A stretch of 64,000 nucleotides of DNA from Pecten maximus (Eukaryota), in assembly GCF_902652985.1 (NCBI RefSeq), contig NC_047019.1, positions 42,160,001 through 42,224,000 on the forward strand, read 5' to 3'. Below the pieces are notes generated by a model. The model ran no database searches, was not told where the DNA came from, and saw nothing but the letters and a program-made list of their open reading frames with translations. The first letter of the stretch is position 1. Every line of letters begins with the position of its first letter. Positions 37,300 through 51,614 of this stretch are shown piece after piece. The translations under genes were made by a program, and so were the position numbers.

Positions 37300-39135
37300 A
37301 TTTACCCTGACTAAGCTCTGATGAGAAGTGGGATATGTTTATCTTAACTAAGCTCTGATGAGAAGTGGGATATGTTTATCTTAACTAAGCCCTAATGAGA
37401 AGTGGGATATTTACCCTGACTAAGCTCTGATGAAAAGTGGGATATTTACCCTGACTAAGCCCTGATGAAAAGTGGGATATTTACCCTGACTAAGCTCTGA
37501 TGAAAAGTGGGATATTTACCCTGACTAAGCTCTGATGAAAAGTGGGATATTTACCCTGACTAAGCTCTGATGAGAAGTGGGATATTTACCCTGACTAAGC
37601 TCTGGTGAGAAGCGGGATATTTACCCTGACTAAGCTCTGATGAGAAGTGGGATGTTAATCCTGACTAAGCTCTGATGAGAAGTGAAATATGTTTACCCTG
37701 ACTAAGCCCTGATGAGAAGTGGGATATGTTTATCTTAACTAAGCTCTGATGAGAAGTGGGATATGTTTATCTTAACAAAGCCCTGATGAGAAGTGGGATA
37801 TGTTTATCTTTACTAAGCCCTGATGAGAAGTGGGATATGTTTATCTTTACTAAGCTCTGATGAGAAGTGGGATATGTTTATCTTTACTAAGCCCTGATGA
37901 GAAGTGGGATATGTTTATCTTAACAAAGCCCTGATGAGAAGTGGGATATGTTTATCTTTACTAAGCCCTGATGAGAAGTGGGATATGTTCCTTTACTAAG
38001 CCCTGGATGAGAAGTGGGATATGTTTATCTTACTCTAGTACTAAGCTCTGATGAGAAGTGGGATATTTTATCTTTACTAAAGCTCTGATGAGAAGTGGGA
38101 TATGTTTATCTTACTAAGCTCTGATGAGAAGTGGGATATGTTTATCTTTACTAAGCTCTGATGAGAAGTGGGATATGTTTATCTTTACTAAGCTCTGATG
38201 AGAAGTGGGATATGTTTATCTTTACTAAGCCCTGATGAGAAGTGGGATATGTTTATCTTAACTAAGCTCTGATGAGAAGTGGGATATGTTTATCTTTACT
38301 AAGCTCTGATGAGAAGTGGGATATGTTTATCTTTACTAAGCCTCGATGGAGAAGTGGGATATGTTTATCTTAACAAAGCCTGATGAGAAGGTGGATATGT
38401 TTATCTTTACTAAGCCCTGATGAGAAGTGGGATATGTTTATCTTTACTAAGCCCTGATGAGAAGTGGGATATGTTTATCTTTACTAAGCCCTGATGAGAA
38501 GTGGGATATGTTTATCTTTACTAAGCTCTGATGAGAAGTGGGATATGTTTATCTTTACTAAGCCCTGATGAGAAGTGGGATATGTTTATCTTTACTAAGC
38601 CCTGATGAGAAGTGGGATATGTTTATCTTAACAAAGCCCTGATGAGAAGTGGGGGATCTGTTTATCCTACTAGTACTGATATGGATATTATCTTACTAAG
38701 CTCTGATGAGAAGTGAGATACTTTTATCCGAAGCTCTGATGAGAAGTGGGATATGTTTATCCTAAGCTCTGATGAGAAGTGGGATATGTTTATCCTAGCT
38801 CTGATGAGAAGTGAAATATGTTTATCCTGACTAAGCCCTGATGAGAAGTGAGATATTTTTATCCTAAGCTCTGATGAGAAGTGGGATATGTTTATCCTAA
38901 GCTCTGATGAGAAGTGGGATATTTTTATCCTAAGCTCTGATGAGAAGTGGGATATGTTTATCCTTATTACTTATAAGCCCTGATTCGATAAGTGGGATAT
39001 GTTCATCCGATGCCCTGACGAGATAATTATAAGAGGGATATATGATTATCCTGACTAAGCCCTGGTGAGAAGTGGGATATGATTATCCTGACTAAGCCAT
39101 GATGAAATAAGTAGGATATATTTATCCTGACTGAG
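37300..39135. repeat. 33/35/37-bp minisatellite (~50 copies)
   Basis: Unit taagc(t/c)ctgatgagaagtgggatatgtttatctttac, with regional variants. Confidence 0.95.
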
Positions 39136-39699
39136 AAGAAAAAATGGGATTATTAGAACCTTTCATCCCCTAGTTGATCTAGGCGTTTGTAATTGGTACT
39201 AGTGTTTCTCATGACTAGCTAGGATTATAGCTGATCTCGATGTTTGTTATAGATATTTCGGGATGAAACTAAAGGAAATGTCGACATTTATGTAGATGTT
39301 TTCCACCTATGTCATGTGGAACCTTTGCCCTAACACAGAAGGAATGTGTCCATTAACCTATAAGATACTCAGGAGAACTGCTTCATCACACAGCATGGTT
39401 GAGAGCTCAGGTGTAACTAGGCTACAATGTGTAGGTGTCTTATTAATAGACTTTACTGTCCCTCTGTAGAATTAATGCTTTATACCTGTAAACTGACCAA
39501 ACTGACCGAGATAACACATGGTTCACATTCCTTAGAAGGTTTGGTGCTCATGATCAGTAGCTAATAAGATACATGCATACATGTATGATGTTGGTCAGCA
39601 TAGCTTTGTGGTAATATGCATATGTAGCTTTATCAAGATGTGTGTTGATAGTAGATTTACTATTGATTAACCCCAACCAAAAAATAATGAAAAATGACT

Positions 39700-40739
39700 A
39701 GCTATAGCGTCAAACTCAAGGTTGTAACAAGGGTTCAGGCAATCTATAACCCTAAACTCAGGGTTGTAACAAGGGTTCAGGCAAGCTATAACTCTAAACT
39801 CAGGGTTGTAACAAGGGTTCAGGCAAGCTATTGCATCAAACTTAGGGTTGTAACAAGGGTTCAGGCAAGCTATAACTCTAAACTCAGGGTTGTAACAAGG
39901 GTTCAGGCAAGCTATAGCCTCAAACTCAGGGTTGTAACAAGGGTTCAGGCAAGCTATAGCCTCAAACTCAGGGTTGTAACAAGGGTTCAGGCAAGCTATA
40001 GCCTCAAACTCAGGGTTGTAACAAGGGTTCAGACAAGCTATAACCTCAAACTCAGGGTTGTAACAAGGGTTCAGGCAAGCTATAGCCTCAAACTCAGGGT
40101 TGTAACAAGGGTTCAGACAAGCTATAACCCTAAACTCAGGGTTGTAACAAGGGTTCATGCAAGCTATAGCCTCAAACTCAGGGTTGTAACAAGGGTTCAG
40201 GCCAGCTATAACCCTAAACTCAGGGTTGTAACAAGGGTTCAGGCCAGCTTTAGCGTCAAACTCAGGGTTGTAACAAGGGTTAAGGCAAGCTATTACCCTA
40301 AACTCTGGGTTGTAACAAGGGTTCAGACAAGCTATAGCGTCAAACTCAGGGTTGTAACAAGGGTTCAGGCCAGCTATAGCGTCAAACTCAGGGTTGTTAC
40401 AAGGGTTCAGGCAAGCTATAGCCTCAAACTCAGGGTTGTAACAAGGGTTCAGACAAGCTATAACTCTAAACTCAGGGTTGTAACAAGGGTTCAGACAAGC
40501 TATTGCCTCAAACTCAGGGTTGTAACAAGGGTTCAGACAAGCTATTGCCTCAAACTCAGGGTTGTAACAAGGGTTCAGACAAGCTATTGCCTCAAACTCA
40601 GGGTTGTAACAAGGGTTCAGACAAGCTATTGCCTCAAACTCAGGGTTGTAACAAGGGTTCAGACCAGCGATAACCCTAAACTCAGGGTTGTAACAAGGGT
40701 TCAGACCAGCGATAACCCTTAACTCAGGGTTGTAACAAG
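39700..40739. repeat. 42-bp minisatellite (~25 copies)
   Basis: Unit aaactcagggttgtaacaagggttcaggcaagctatagcctc; explains the 342-aa and 163-aa ORFs. Confidence 0.96.
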
Positions 40740-42284
40740 TGTTCCTCAGGAGTTTGTTTCATGTGTTCAGGCCAAATTATAAACTTTTTACATAGTGGGC
40801 AGGATATCAAAGTTCTTTTTTGGCCCATGTAATGTCTTGCCCTTCAGGGCCATAGGTTATTTGTTGGTATAGAAGACTGGTTGGTAAGTTATTCCTGTAT
40901 TGTTCAGTTCGGAGTTAAGTTGGCCTTGGCCTCCATTTAATCATGACCTACATTCCAAGTTTGAATGACCTTATAAGGTTGTAGTTTGTGTAGTGTTATG
41001 TGGGGAGTAACGTTGTAAGTGGGGGATAGCTTTGTAAACACTTGATATAACTCTCCTTCACCATGCTATTTTAAGGCAGATTTGGGGCACTGTCTATTAT
41101 GTAATTCTGTGGTATTTCCTGTGTCCTCTTTTGGTTGTTTAACCATCTTATCTTTTATTGAGTATATTATACCGGTGTATCTGACTTATTACCTGACTGA
41201 ACATTTTGACTGGTGATGTTTGTTTAAGACACATATTCTGTTACGTAAAAGACTATAATTATGTGTGTGTGCACTCTGTGAGGTGGAAGAAGGGGTTTGT
41301 TTCCTTCGGGAAGTTCAATTGGTAAAACACACCTGGATTTTTCAATAGAGTAAATAGTAAATATTTGCTGATTTTTATCGTCATTAAAATTCATTACACT
41401 AAATGTAGCAAACAAAATTGCATGGGGAATTACTTGTCAGTCATCGGTTTTTTATCAGAGATAACATTTTCAGAATTGCTGTGGATTTTACGAATGACAT
41501 AGCCAGCTATCTTTGTCCCAGAGGTATTTAAAACATTACAACATAACTGATATCATGTGAGCTGTATGTATTTTCAAAATGTATTTAAATGGAACTGTCA
41601 TTGTTAGGCAGGTTAACTTGACCTAGCCAGCCAGTCTTAATGGGTATACGGCTATCTAAACTTAAAACAGAGATGTTCAGGTGTGGGCATTCATACATGC
41701 TATTGAAATTGGATATAAAGCTGGCTTTGTAAGGTGACAATAGCTAGGCAATATAATATGTACCCCAGGTCGACTGGTCATTACACTAATGTATGTAGGT
41801 GTAGGGCCTTTCATGTACCCAACATTCCATGGCTTGTCTTTGTCAGGAGTAAACAATCATATTTTTACAATACACTTTAGCCTAGATTCCTGGTATGCAT
41901 CTTATAGAAAAGGCCAAGCCAAGTTAAATATTTATTTCTGTATTAGTACCTAGTACATGTAATTGATAAAAAAAAAGGTCAGATTAAGACTTATTTTTAT
42001 TTTAAGATGTGTTCTGGATTTATTTGTGAAATTGAAAACTAGTAATCGGTTTGGACACATTATATTGTTGGTAATTCTAAATATCAAGAATCAAAATGTT
42101 AAGAATAACATCATTTAGTAAATCACTTTCCTAATATAGTATAAACAATTATTTTGATATATTTTTATTTTAAATTTTGGTCTTGTTAGAATTATTAGAA
42201 ATTACAAAGTTAAAACAACATTTGCCTTGCTACCGTATATTGTTTACTCCAATGAACAGACACAATCAATTTTTGTAAACATTG

Positions 42285-43781
42285 CTGAAGATCAGTAATT
42301 TTGCACTTTTAATTTTATGGACATTGAATCAATAAATTCTGTACTATTAATTTTATAAACAGTAAATATCGATAAATTCTGCACTATTAATTATATAAAC
42401 AGTGAAGATCGGTTAATTCTGCACTATTAATGATATAAACCTTGAAGATCGGTAAATTCTGCACTATTAATTATATAAACAGTGAATATCGATAAATTCT
42501 GCTTTATTAATTATATAAACCAAGAAGATCGGTAAATTCTGCACTATTAATTATATAAACAGTTAAGATCGGTAAATTCTGCACTATTAATTATATAAAC
42601 AGTGAAGATCAGTAAATTCTGCACTATTAATTATATAAACAGTGAAGATCGGTAAATTCTGCACTATTAATTATATAAACAGTGAAGATCGGTAAATTCT
42701 GCACTATTAATTATATAAACAGTGAAGATCAATAAATTCTGCATGCACTTTTAATTATATAAACAGTGAAAATCGGTGAATTCTGCACTATTAATTATAT
42801 AAACAGTGAAGATCAGTAAATTCTGCACTATTAATTATATAAACAGTGAAGATCAGTAAATTCTGCACTATTAATTATATAAACAGTGAAGATCAATAAA
42901 TTCTGCATGCACTATTAATTATATAAACAGTGAAGATCGGTAAATTCTGCACTATTAATTATATAAACAGTGAAGATCGGTGAATTCTGCACTATTAATT
43001 ATATAAACAGTGAAGATCAGTAAATTCTGCACTATTAATATTCTGCACTATTAATTATATAAACAGTGAAGATCGGTAAATTCTGCACTATTAATTATAT
43101 AAACAGTGAAGATCGGTGAATTCTGCACTATTAATTATATAAACAGTAAATTTAAAGATATACCCTGAAGATCAGTAAATTCTGCACTATTAATTATATA
43201 AACAGTGAAGATCAGTAAATTCTGCACTATTAATTATATAAACAGTGACGATCAATAAATTCTGCACTATTAATTATATAAACAGTGAAAATCGGTGAAT
43301 TCTGCACTATTAATTATATAAACAGTGAAGATCAATAAATTCTGCATGCACTTTTAATTATATAAACAGTGAAAATCGGTGAATTCTGCACTATTAATTA
43401 TATAAACAGTGAAGATCGGTGAGTTCTGCACTATTAATTATATAAACAGTGAAGATCAATAAATTCTGCACTATTAATTATATAAACAGTGAAGATCAAT
43501 AAATTCTGCATGCACTATTAATTATATAAACAGTGAAAATCGGTTAATTCTGCACTATTAATTATATAAACAGTGAAGATCGGTGAATTCTGCACTATTA
43601 ATTATATAAACAGTGAAGATCGGTTAATTCTGCACTATTAATTATATAAACAGTTAAGATCAGTAAATTCTGCACTATTAATTATATAAACAGTGAAGAT
43701 CGGTGAATTCTGCACTATTAATTATATAAACAGTGAAGATCGGTGAATTCTGCACTATGAATTTTATAAACAGTAAAGATC
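42285..43781. repeat. 40-bp AT-rich minisatellite (~36 copies)
   Basis: Unit aaattctgcactattaattatataaacagtgaagatcggt. Confidence 0.96.
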
Positions 43782-43889
43782 ACCAGAAAAGTCTTCCCCA
43801 TTATGTCACCTTGTTCAGTATGCAGTTTAATTCTGGGTTGTAAATTTACATGAGAAGTCTGAGACTTGAATTTGATTTTCCTTTTACAG

Positions 43890-44072
43890 GTCACCACCTA
43901 AGACAAGACTCTATGGATGTGAACTTTGCATCTGAAGTAGAGTGTAAATGTAGCCTACCCCTAAAACCCCTCGAACGGCGCCGAAAACGCCACAACCATC
44001 GCTGTCTCGCACACTCTCTTGTTGGCACTCCAAACTACATCGCTCCCGAAGTCCTTGCCGTCAGTGGTTCAG
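43890..44072 (+). CDS. LATS1: LATS/Warts exon: kinase insert and activation loop
   Basis: Encodes GHHLRQDSMD...LKPLERR...RCLAHSLVGTPNYIAPEVL, including the autophosphorylation serine (HS*LVGT). Acceptor ttttccttttacag|G; donor TCAG|GTATGT; phase 1 at both ends. Confidence 0.96.
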
Positions 44073-44142
44073 GTATGTGTCTTATCAGACATCTTATAAT
44101 GCACCAAACCTGTAGCAATCACTGATATTCTAGTGGTATGTT

Positions 44143-46126
44143 GATGCACATCTAGTGGTTCATACGATGATACACACATCTAGTGGTTCATACGATGATA
44201 CACATCTAGTGGTTCATACGATGATGCACATCTAGTAGTTCATACGATAACACACATCTAGTGGTTCATACGATGATAAACATCTAGTGGTTCCTACAAT
44301 GATACACATCTAGTGGTTCATACGATAACACACATCTAGTGGTTCATACAATGATAAACATCTAGTGGTTCATACGATGATAAACATCTAGTGGTTCATA
44401 CAATGATACACATCTAGTGGTTCATACGATGATAAACATCAAAGTAGTTCATACGATAACACACATCTAGTGGTTCATACGATGATGCACATCTAGTAGT
44501 TCATACGATAACACACATCTAGTGGTTCATACAATGATAAACATCTAGTAGTTCATACGATAACACACATCTAGTGGTTCATACGATGATGCACATCTAG
44601 TAGTTCATACGATAACACACATCTAGTGGTTCATACGATGATAAACATCTAGTAGTTCATACGATAACACACATCTAGTGGTTCATACGATGATAAACAT
44701 CTAGTGGTTCCTACAATGATACACATTTAGTGGTTCATACGATAACACACATCTAGTGGTTCATACAATGATAAACATCTAGTGGTTCATACGATGATAA
44801 ACATCTAGTGGTTCATACAATGATACACATCTAGTGGTTCATACGATGATAAACATCTAGTAGTTCATACGATAACACACATCTAGTGGTTCATACGATG
44901 ATGCACATCTAGTAGTTCATACGATAACACACATCTAGTGGTTCATACAATGATAAACATCTAGTAGTTCATACGATAACACACATCTAGTGGTTCATAC
45001 GATGATGCACATCTAGTAGTTCATACGATAACACACATCTAGTGGTTCATACGATAACACACATCTAGTGGTTCATACAATGATACACATCTAGTGGTAC
45101 AGTGACACACATCTAGTGGTTCATACGATGATAAACATCTAGTGGTTCATACGATGATAAACATCTAGTAGTTCATACGATAACACACATCTAGTGGTTC
45201 ATACGATAAACATCTAGTGGTTCATACGATAACACACATCTAGTGGTTCATACAATGATAAACATCTAGTGGTTCATACAATGATACACATCTAGTGGTT
45301 CATACAATAACACACATCTAGTGGTTCATACAATGATAAACATCTAGTGGTTCATACAATAACACACATCTAGTGGTTCATACAATGATAAACATCTAGT
45401 GGTTCATACAATGATACACATCTAGTGGTACAGTGACACACATCTAGTGGTTCATACGATGATAAACATCTAGTGGTTCACACAATGATAAACATCTAGT
45501 GGTTCATAAGATGATACACATCTAGTGGTTCATACAATGATACACATCTAGTGGTTCATATGATGATAAACATCTAGTGGTTCATACGATGATAAACATC
45601 TAGTGGTTCATATGATGATAAACATCTAGTGGTTCATACGATGATACACATCTAGTGGTTCATACGATGATAAACATCTAGTGGTTAACACAATGATAAA
45701 CATCTAGTGGTTCATACGATGATACACATCTAGTGGTTCATACAATGATACACATCTAGTGGTTCATATGATGATAAACATCTAGTGGTTCATACGATGA
45801 TAAACATCTAGTGATTCATACGATGATACACATCTAGTGGTTCATACAATGATAAACATCTAGTGGTTCATATGATGATAAACATCTAGTGGTTCATACG
45901 ATGATACACATCTAGTGGTTCATACAATGATTAACATCTAGTGGTACTGCAGTAAGACACACATCTAGTGGTACAGTGAGACACACATCTAGTGGTACAG
46001 TGAGACAAACATCTAGTGGTACAGTGAGACACATCTAGTGGTACTGCAGTAAGACACACATCTAGTGGTACGGTAAGACACGCATCTAGTGGTACAGTGA
46101 GACACATCTAGTGGTACAGTGAGACA
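44143..46126. repeat. 26-bp minisatellite (~70 copies), grading into a ~24-bp variant at the 3' end
   Basis: Unit acatctagtggttcatac(g/a)atgata(c/a); tail variant acacatctagtggtacagtgagac. Confidence 0.96.
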
Positions 46127-48035
46127 TATTATAGGTGTATCGTGGGATGTATAGCTGGATTATAGGTGTATCGTGGGATGTATAGCTGGATTATATGTGT
46201 ATCGTGGGATGTATAGCTGGATATAGGTGTATCGTGGGATGTATAGCTGGATTATAGGTGTATCGTGGGATGTATAGCTGGATTATAGGTGTATCGTGGG
46301 ATGTATAGCTGGATTATATGTGTATCGTAGGATGTATAGCTGAATTATAGGTTATCGTAGGATGTATAGCTGGATTATACGTGTATCGTAGGATGTATAG
46401 CTGAATTATAGGTTATCGTGGGATGTATAGCTGGATTTTACGTGTATTGTGGGATGTATAGCTGGATTATAGGTGTATCGTGGGATGTATAGCTGGATTA
46501 TAGGTGTATCGTGGGATGTATAGCTGGATTATAGGTGTATCGTGAGATGTATAGCTGAATTATAGGTTATCGTGGGATGTATAGCTGGATTATACGTGTA
46601 TCGTAGGATGTATAGCTGAATTATAGGTTATCGTGGGATGTATAGCTGAATTATAGGTTATCGTGGGATGTATAGCTGGATTATAGGTGTATCGTGGGAT
46701 GTATAGCTGGATTATAGGTGTATCGTGGGATGTATAGCTGGATTATACGTGTATCGTGGGACGTATAGCTGGATTATAGGTGTATCGTGGGATGTATAGC
46801 TGAATTATAGGTTATCATGGGATGTATAGCTGGATTATAGGTGTATCGTGGGATGTATAGCTGGATTATAGGTTATCGTAGGATGTATAGCTGAATTATA
46901 GGTGTATCGTGTGATGTATAGCTGGATTATAGGTTATCGTGGGATGTATAGCTGGATTATAGGTTATCGTGGGATGTATAGCTGGATTATACGTGTATCG
47001 TGGGATGTATAGCTGGATTATAGGTGTATCGTGTGACGTATAGCTGAATTATAGGTGTATCGTGGGACGTATAGCTGGATTATAGGTGTATCGTGTGACG
47101 TATAGCTGGATTATAGGTGTATCGTGGGATGTATAGCTGGATTATAGGTGTATCGTGGGATGTATAGCTGGATTAAAGGTGTATCATGGGATGTATAGCT
47201 GGATTATAGGTGTATCGTGGGACGTATAGCTGGATTATAGGTGTATCGTGGGACGTATAGCTGGATTATAGGTGTATCGTGGGATGTATAGCTGGATTTT
47301 AGGTGTATCGTGGGACGTATAGCTGGATTATAGGTGTATCGTGGGATGTATAGCTAAATTATAGGTTATCGTGGGATGTATAGCTGGATTATAGGTGTAT
47401 CGTGGGATGTATAGCTGAATTAAAGGTGTATCGTGGGATGTATAGCTGGATTATAGGTGTATCGTGGGATGTATAGCTGGATTATTGGTGTATCGAGGGA
47501 TGTATAGCTGGATTATAGGTGTATCGTGGGATGTATAGCTGGATTATAGGTGTATCGTGGGATGTATAGCTGGATTATAGGTGTATCGTGGGATGTATAG
47601 CTGGATTATAGGTGTATCGTAGGATGTATAGCTGGATTATAGGTGTATCGTGGGATGTATAGCTGGGTTATAGGTGGATCGTGGGATGTATAGCTGGATT
47701 ATAGGTGTATCGTGGGATGTATAGCTGGATTATAGGTTATCGTGGGATGTATAGCTGGATTATAGGTGTATCTTGGGATGTATAGCTGGATTATAGGTGT
47801 ATCGTGGGATGTATAGCTGGATTATAGGTGTATCGTGGGATGTATAGCTGGATTATAGGTGTATCGTGGGATGTATAGCTGGATTATAGGTTATCGTGGG
47901 ATGTATAGCTGGATTATAGGTGTATCTTGGGATGTATAGCTGGATTATAGGTGTATCGTGGGATGTATAGCTGGGTTATAGGTGTATCATGGGATGTATA
48001 GCTGAATTATAGGTGTATCGTGGGATGTATAGCTA
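46127..48035. repeat. 31-bp minisatellite (~61 copies)
   Basis: Unit attataggtgtatcgtgggatgtatagctgg; directly abuts the previous array. Confidence 0.96.
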
Positions 48036-48701
48036 AATGCATTACGCACTTTACTAGCATTTCTACAATTTTGAATTCTTTTTGGGTATAAACCTAAAAT
48101 TTCTGGACTTAGAAGAAAAGGTTTTGAGTTTAAGTTTCTGACTAAGTATAAGAGCTAGCCCAAACCTCAGTTATAAACTATCAGGTAGTAGAGCATACTA
48201 CACTAAAAGTATTTCATGGATTAATTTTTTTGGACAGGCCACACATCATAATCATGTATAATTCTTGTCATGATAATTTATAACAATAACTAATGAAAAT
48301 TCCACGGTAAGTTTAGTCATAGGTTTTAATGCTGAGTACATAATTTTGTATTTTGTAGTTAAAGAATCTATATTTAGCACAATGGACAGTTATTTTATAC
48401 CGCTCTATAGTGAGACTGATATACCTGTATTGGTTTTAGAAATTCTGTATCTGGTAAGCAGGTATATCATTTAGCATGATTGTGTAAACATTGACTTTGA
48501 CCTAAGTAGGATGTTCCTGCTTGTTATCGACTACAGCCTTTGGAGGTATAGATTCATACAGAAATCAATACCTTGTTGGATTATCATTAGCGTCCTATAA
48601 ATTAATGACGTAGAATACCTAAGTATTAGGTGTACTTAAGTAAACTTGATGTTAAATTATATATTGACAACGATCAGATGGTAACATCGTATCCAGGTAA
48701 C

Positions 48702-49572
<871 letters not shown>

Positions 49573-49602
49573 TGATCAATAAGAAAAAATGTATGATGTT
49601 AA

Positions 49603-50872
49603 GTATGGTTCTCTGATCTAAGATGCCACATTGTCATGTATGGTTCTCTGATCTAAGATACCACAGTGTCATGTATGGTTCTCTGATCTAAGGTGCCACA
49701 GTGTCATGTATGATTCTATGATCTAAGGTGCCACAGTGTCATGTATGATTCTATGATCTAAGGTGCCACAGTGTCGTGTATGATTCTATGATCTAAGGTG
49801 CCACAGTGTTGTGTATGGTTCTCTGATCTAAGGTGCCACAGTGTCGTGTATGGTTCTCTGATCTAAGGTGACACACTGTCGTGTATGGTTCTCTGATCTA
49901 AGATGCCAGTGTCATGTATGGTTCTCTGATCTAAGGTGCCACAGTGTCGTGTATGATTCTATGATCTAAGGTGCCACACTGTCGTGTATGGTTCTCTGAT
50001 CTAAGGTGACACAGTGTCATGTATGGTTCTCTGATCTAAGGTGCCACAGTGTCATGTATGGTTCTCTGATCTAAGGTGCCACACTGTCGTGTATGGTTCT
50101 CTGATCTAAGGTGCCACAGTGTCGTGTATGGTTCTCTGATCTAAGGTGCCACAGTGTCGTGTATGGTTCTCTGATCTAAGGTGCCACAGTGTCGTTTATG
50201 ATTCTATGATCGAAGGTGCCACAGTGTCGTGTATGGTTCTCTGATCTAAGGTGCCACACTGTCATGTATGGTTCTCTGATCTAAGGTGCCACAGTGTCGT
50301 GTATGGTTCTCTGATCTAAGGTGCCACAGTGTCGTGTATGGTTCTCTGATCTAAGGTGCCACAGTGTCATGTATGGTTCTCTGATCTAAGGTGCCACATT
50401 GTCGTGTATGGTTCTATGATCTAAGATGCCACAGTGTCGTGTATGTTCTCTGATCTAAGGTGCCACATTGTCGTGTATGGTTCTCTGATCTAAGATGCCA
50501 CAGTGTCGTGTATGGTTCTCTGATCTAAGGTGCCACAGTGTCGTGTATGGTTCTATGATCTAAGATGCCACACTGTTGTGTATGGTTCTCTGATCTAAGG
50601 TGCCACAGTGTCGTGTATGATTCTGATCTAAGAAGCCACATTGTCACTTATGGTTCTCTGATCTAAGATGCCACAGTGTCGTGTATGGTTCTCTGATCTA
50701 AGGTGCCACAGTGTCGTGTATGGTTCTCTGATCTAAGATGCCACAGTGTCATGTATGGTTCTCTGATCTAAGGTGCCACAGTGTCGTGTATGATTCTGAT
50801 CTAAGAAGCCACATTGTCGCTTATGGTTCTCTGATCTAAGATGCCACACTGTCGTGTATGGTTCGTTGATCT
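49603..50872. repeat. 35-bp minisatellite (~36 copies)
   Basis: Unit gtatggttctctgatctaaggtgccacagtgtcgt. Confidence 0.96.
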
Positions 50873-51614
50873 ATTAGTAGCTGTCAGAAAGGCACTTTGA
50901 ACAGTACATTGACAAAATAAAACAAATGATTAATCTTTAAATCTAATTCTATGATGTGTAAAAGGTACAACATTTTGACCTTAATAAAGGGCAGGTCACA
51001 CATGCTGATGGAGAATACCCAACATTGACTGTGGTATAAAGATGTTTAACCTCAACAAAGGCTTTAAGGCTTGGCTAAGCTTTGTTCTGTACTAAGTGAC
51101 CGACATACTACCGCCTACCTTATACCACAGCGTATCACTACCCCCTCTATACCCTCACCAAATTACTGCTTTCTTCTCCTCTCCGCTCACAAAAATATGC
51201 TCAATAAACCAAAGAGATTGTGAAGGGCACCTTATTTCTGTCCACATCACCATGAAAACAAAGCTATGGTATTGTAATTGATACAGGTAATTAGTTTATA
51301 CACATGGCCGCTGAAAATCAATCGGGAGGAACATTGTAGTATTTGTGGCCGCTTAATGATTTTTATCTAATTAATATTAGAGATTCTGTCGTCAGCTGCT
51401 GAAGTTAAAGTACAAAGGATTATATTTCAAACCACCGTCAGGATTTAGGCTCAGGTAGTCGATTTGTATGGACCAGGAAATAGCTGTCTCTGTTATCATC
51501 TGGCTAAGTCACATGGATTTTCTGGGCAGGTGTCAAATTAATTACAAAAGTTTGTTAATAATTTAATTTCCTTTCTAGCAGCATTTGGAGTTGTTGAGGA
51601 TAATATTTTATTAA

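Noticed and set aside
37300-39135. CTGATGAG in every unit, suggesting a hammerhead satellite
   Set aside because: There is no stem II plus GAAA in the consensus (only sporadic gtgaaa variants) and no stem I/UH partner.
39667-40722. 342-aa (+) and 163-aa (-) repetitive ORFs
   Set aside because: The 42-bp unit is a multiple of 3 and open on both strands; it lies inside a LATS intron.
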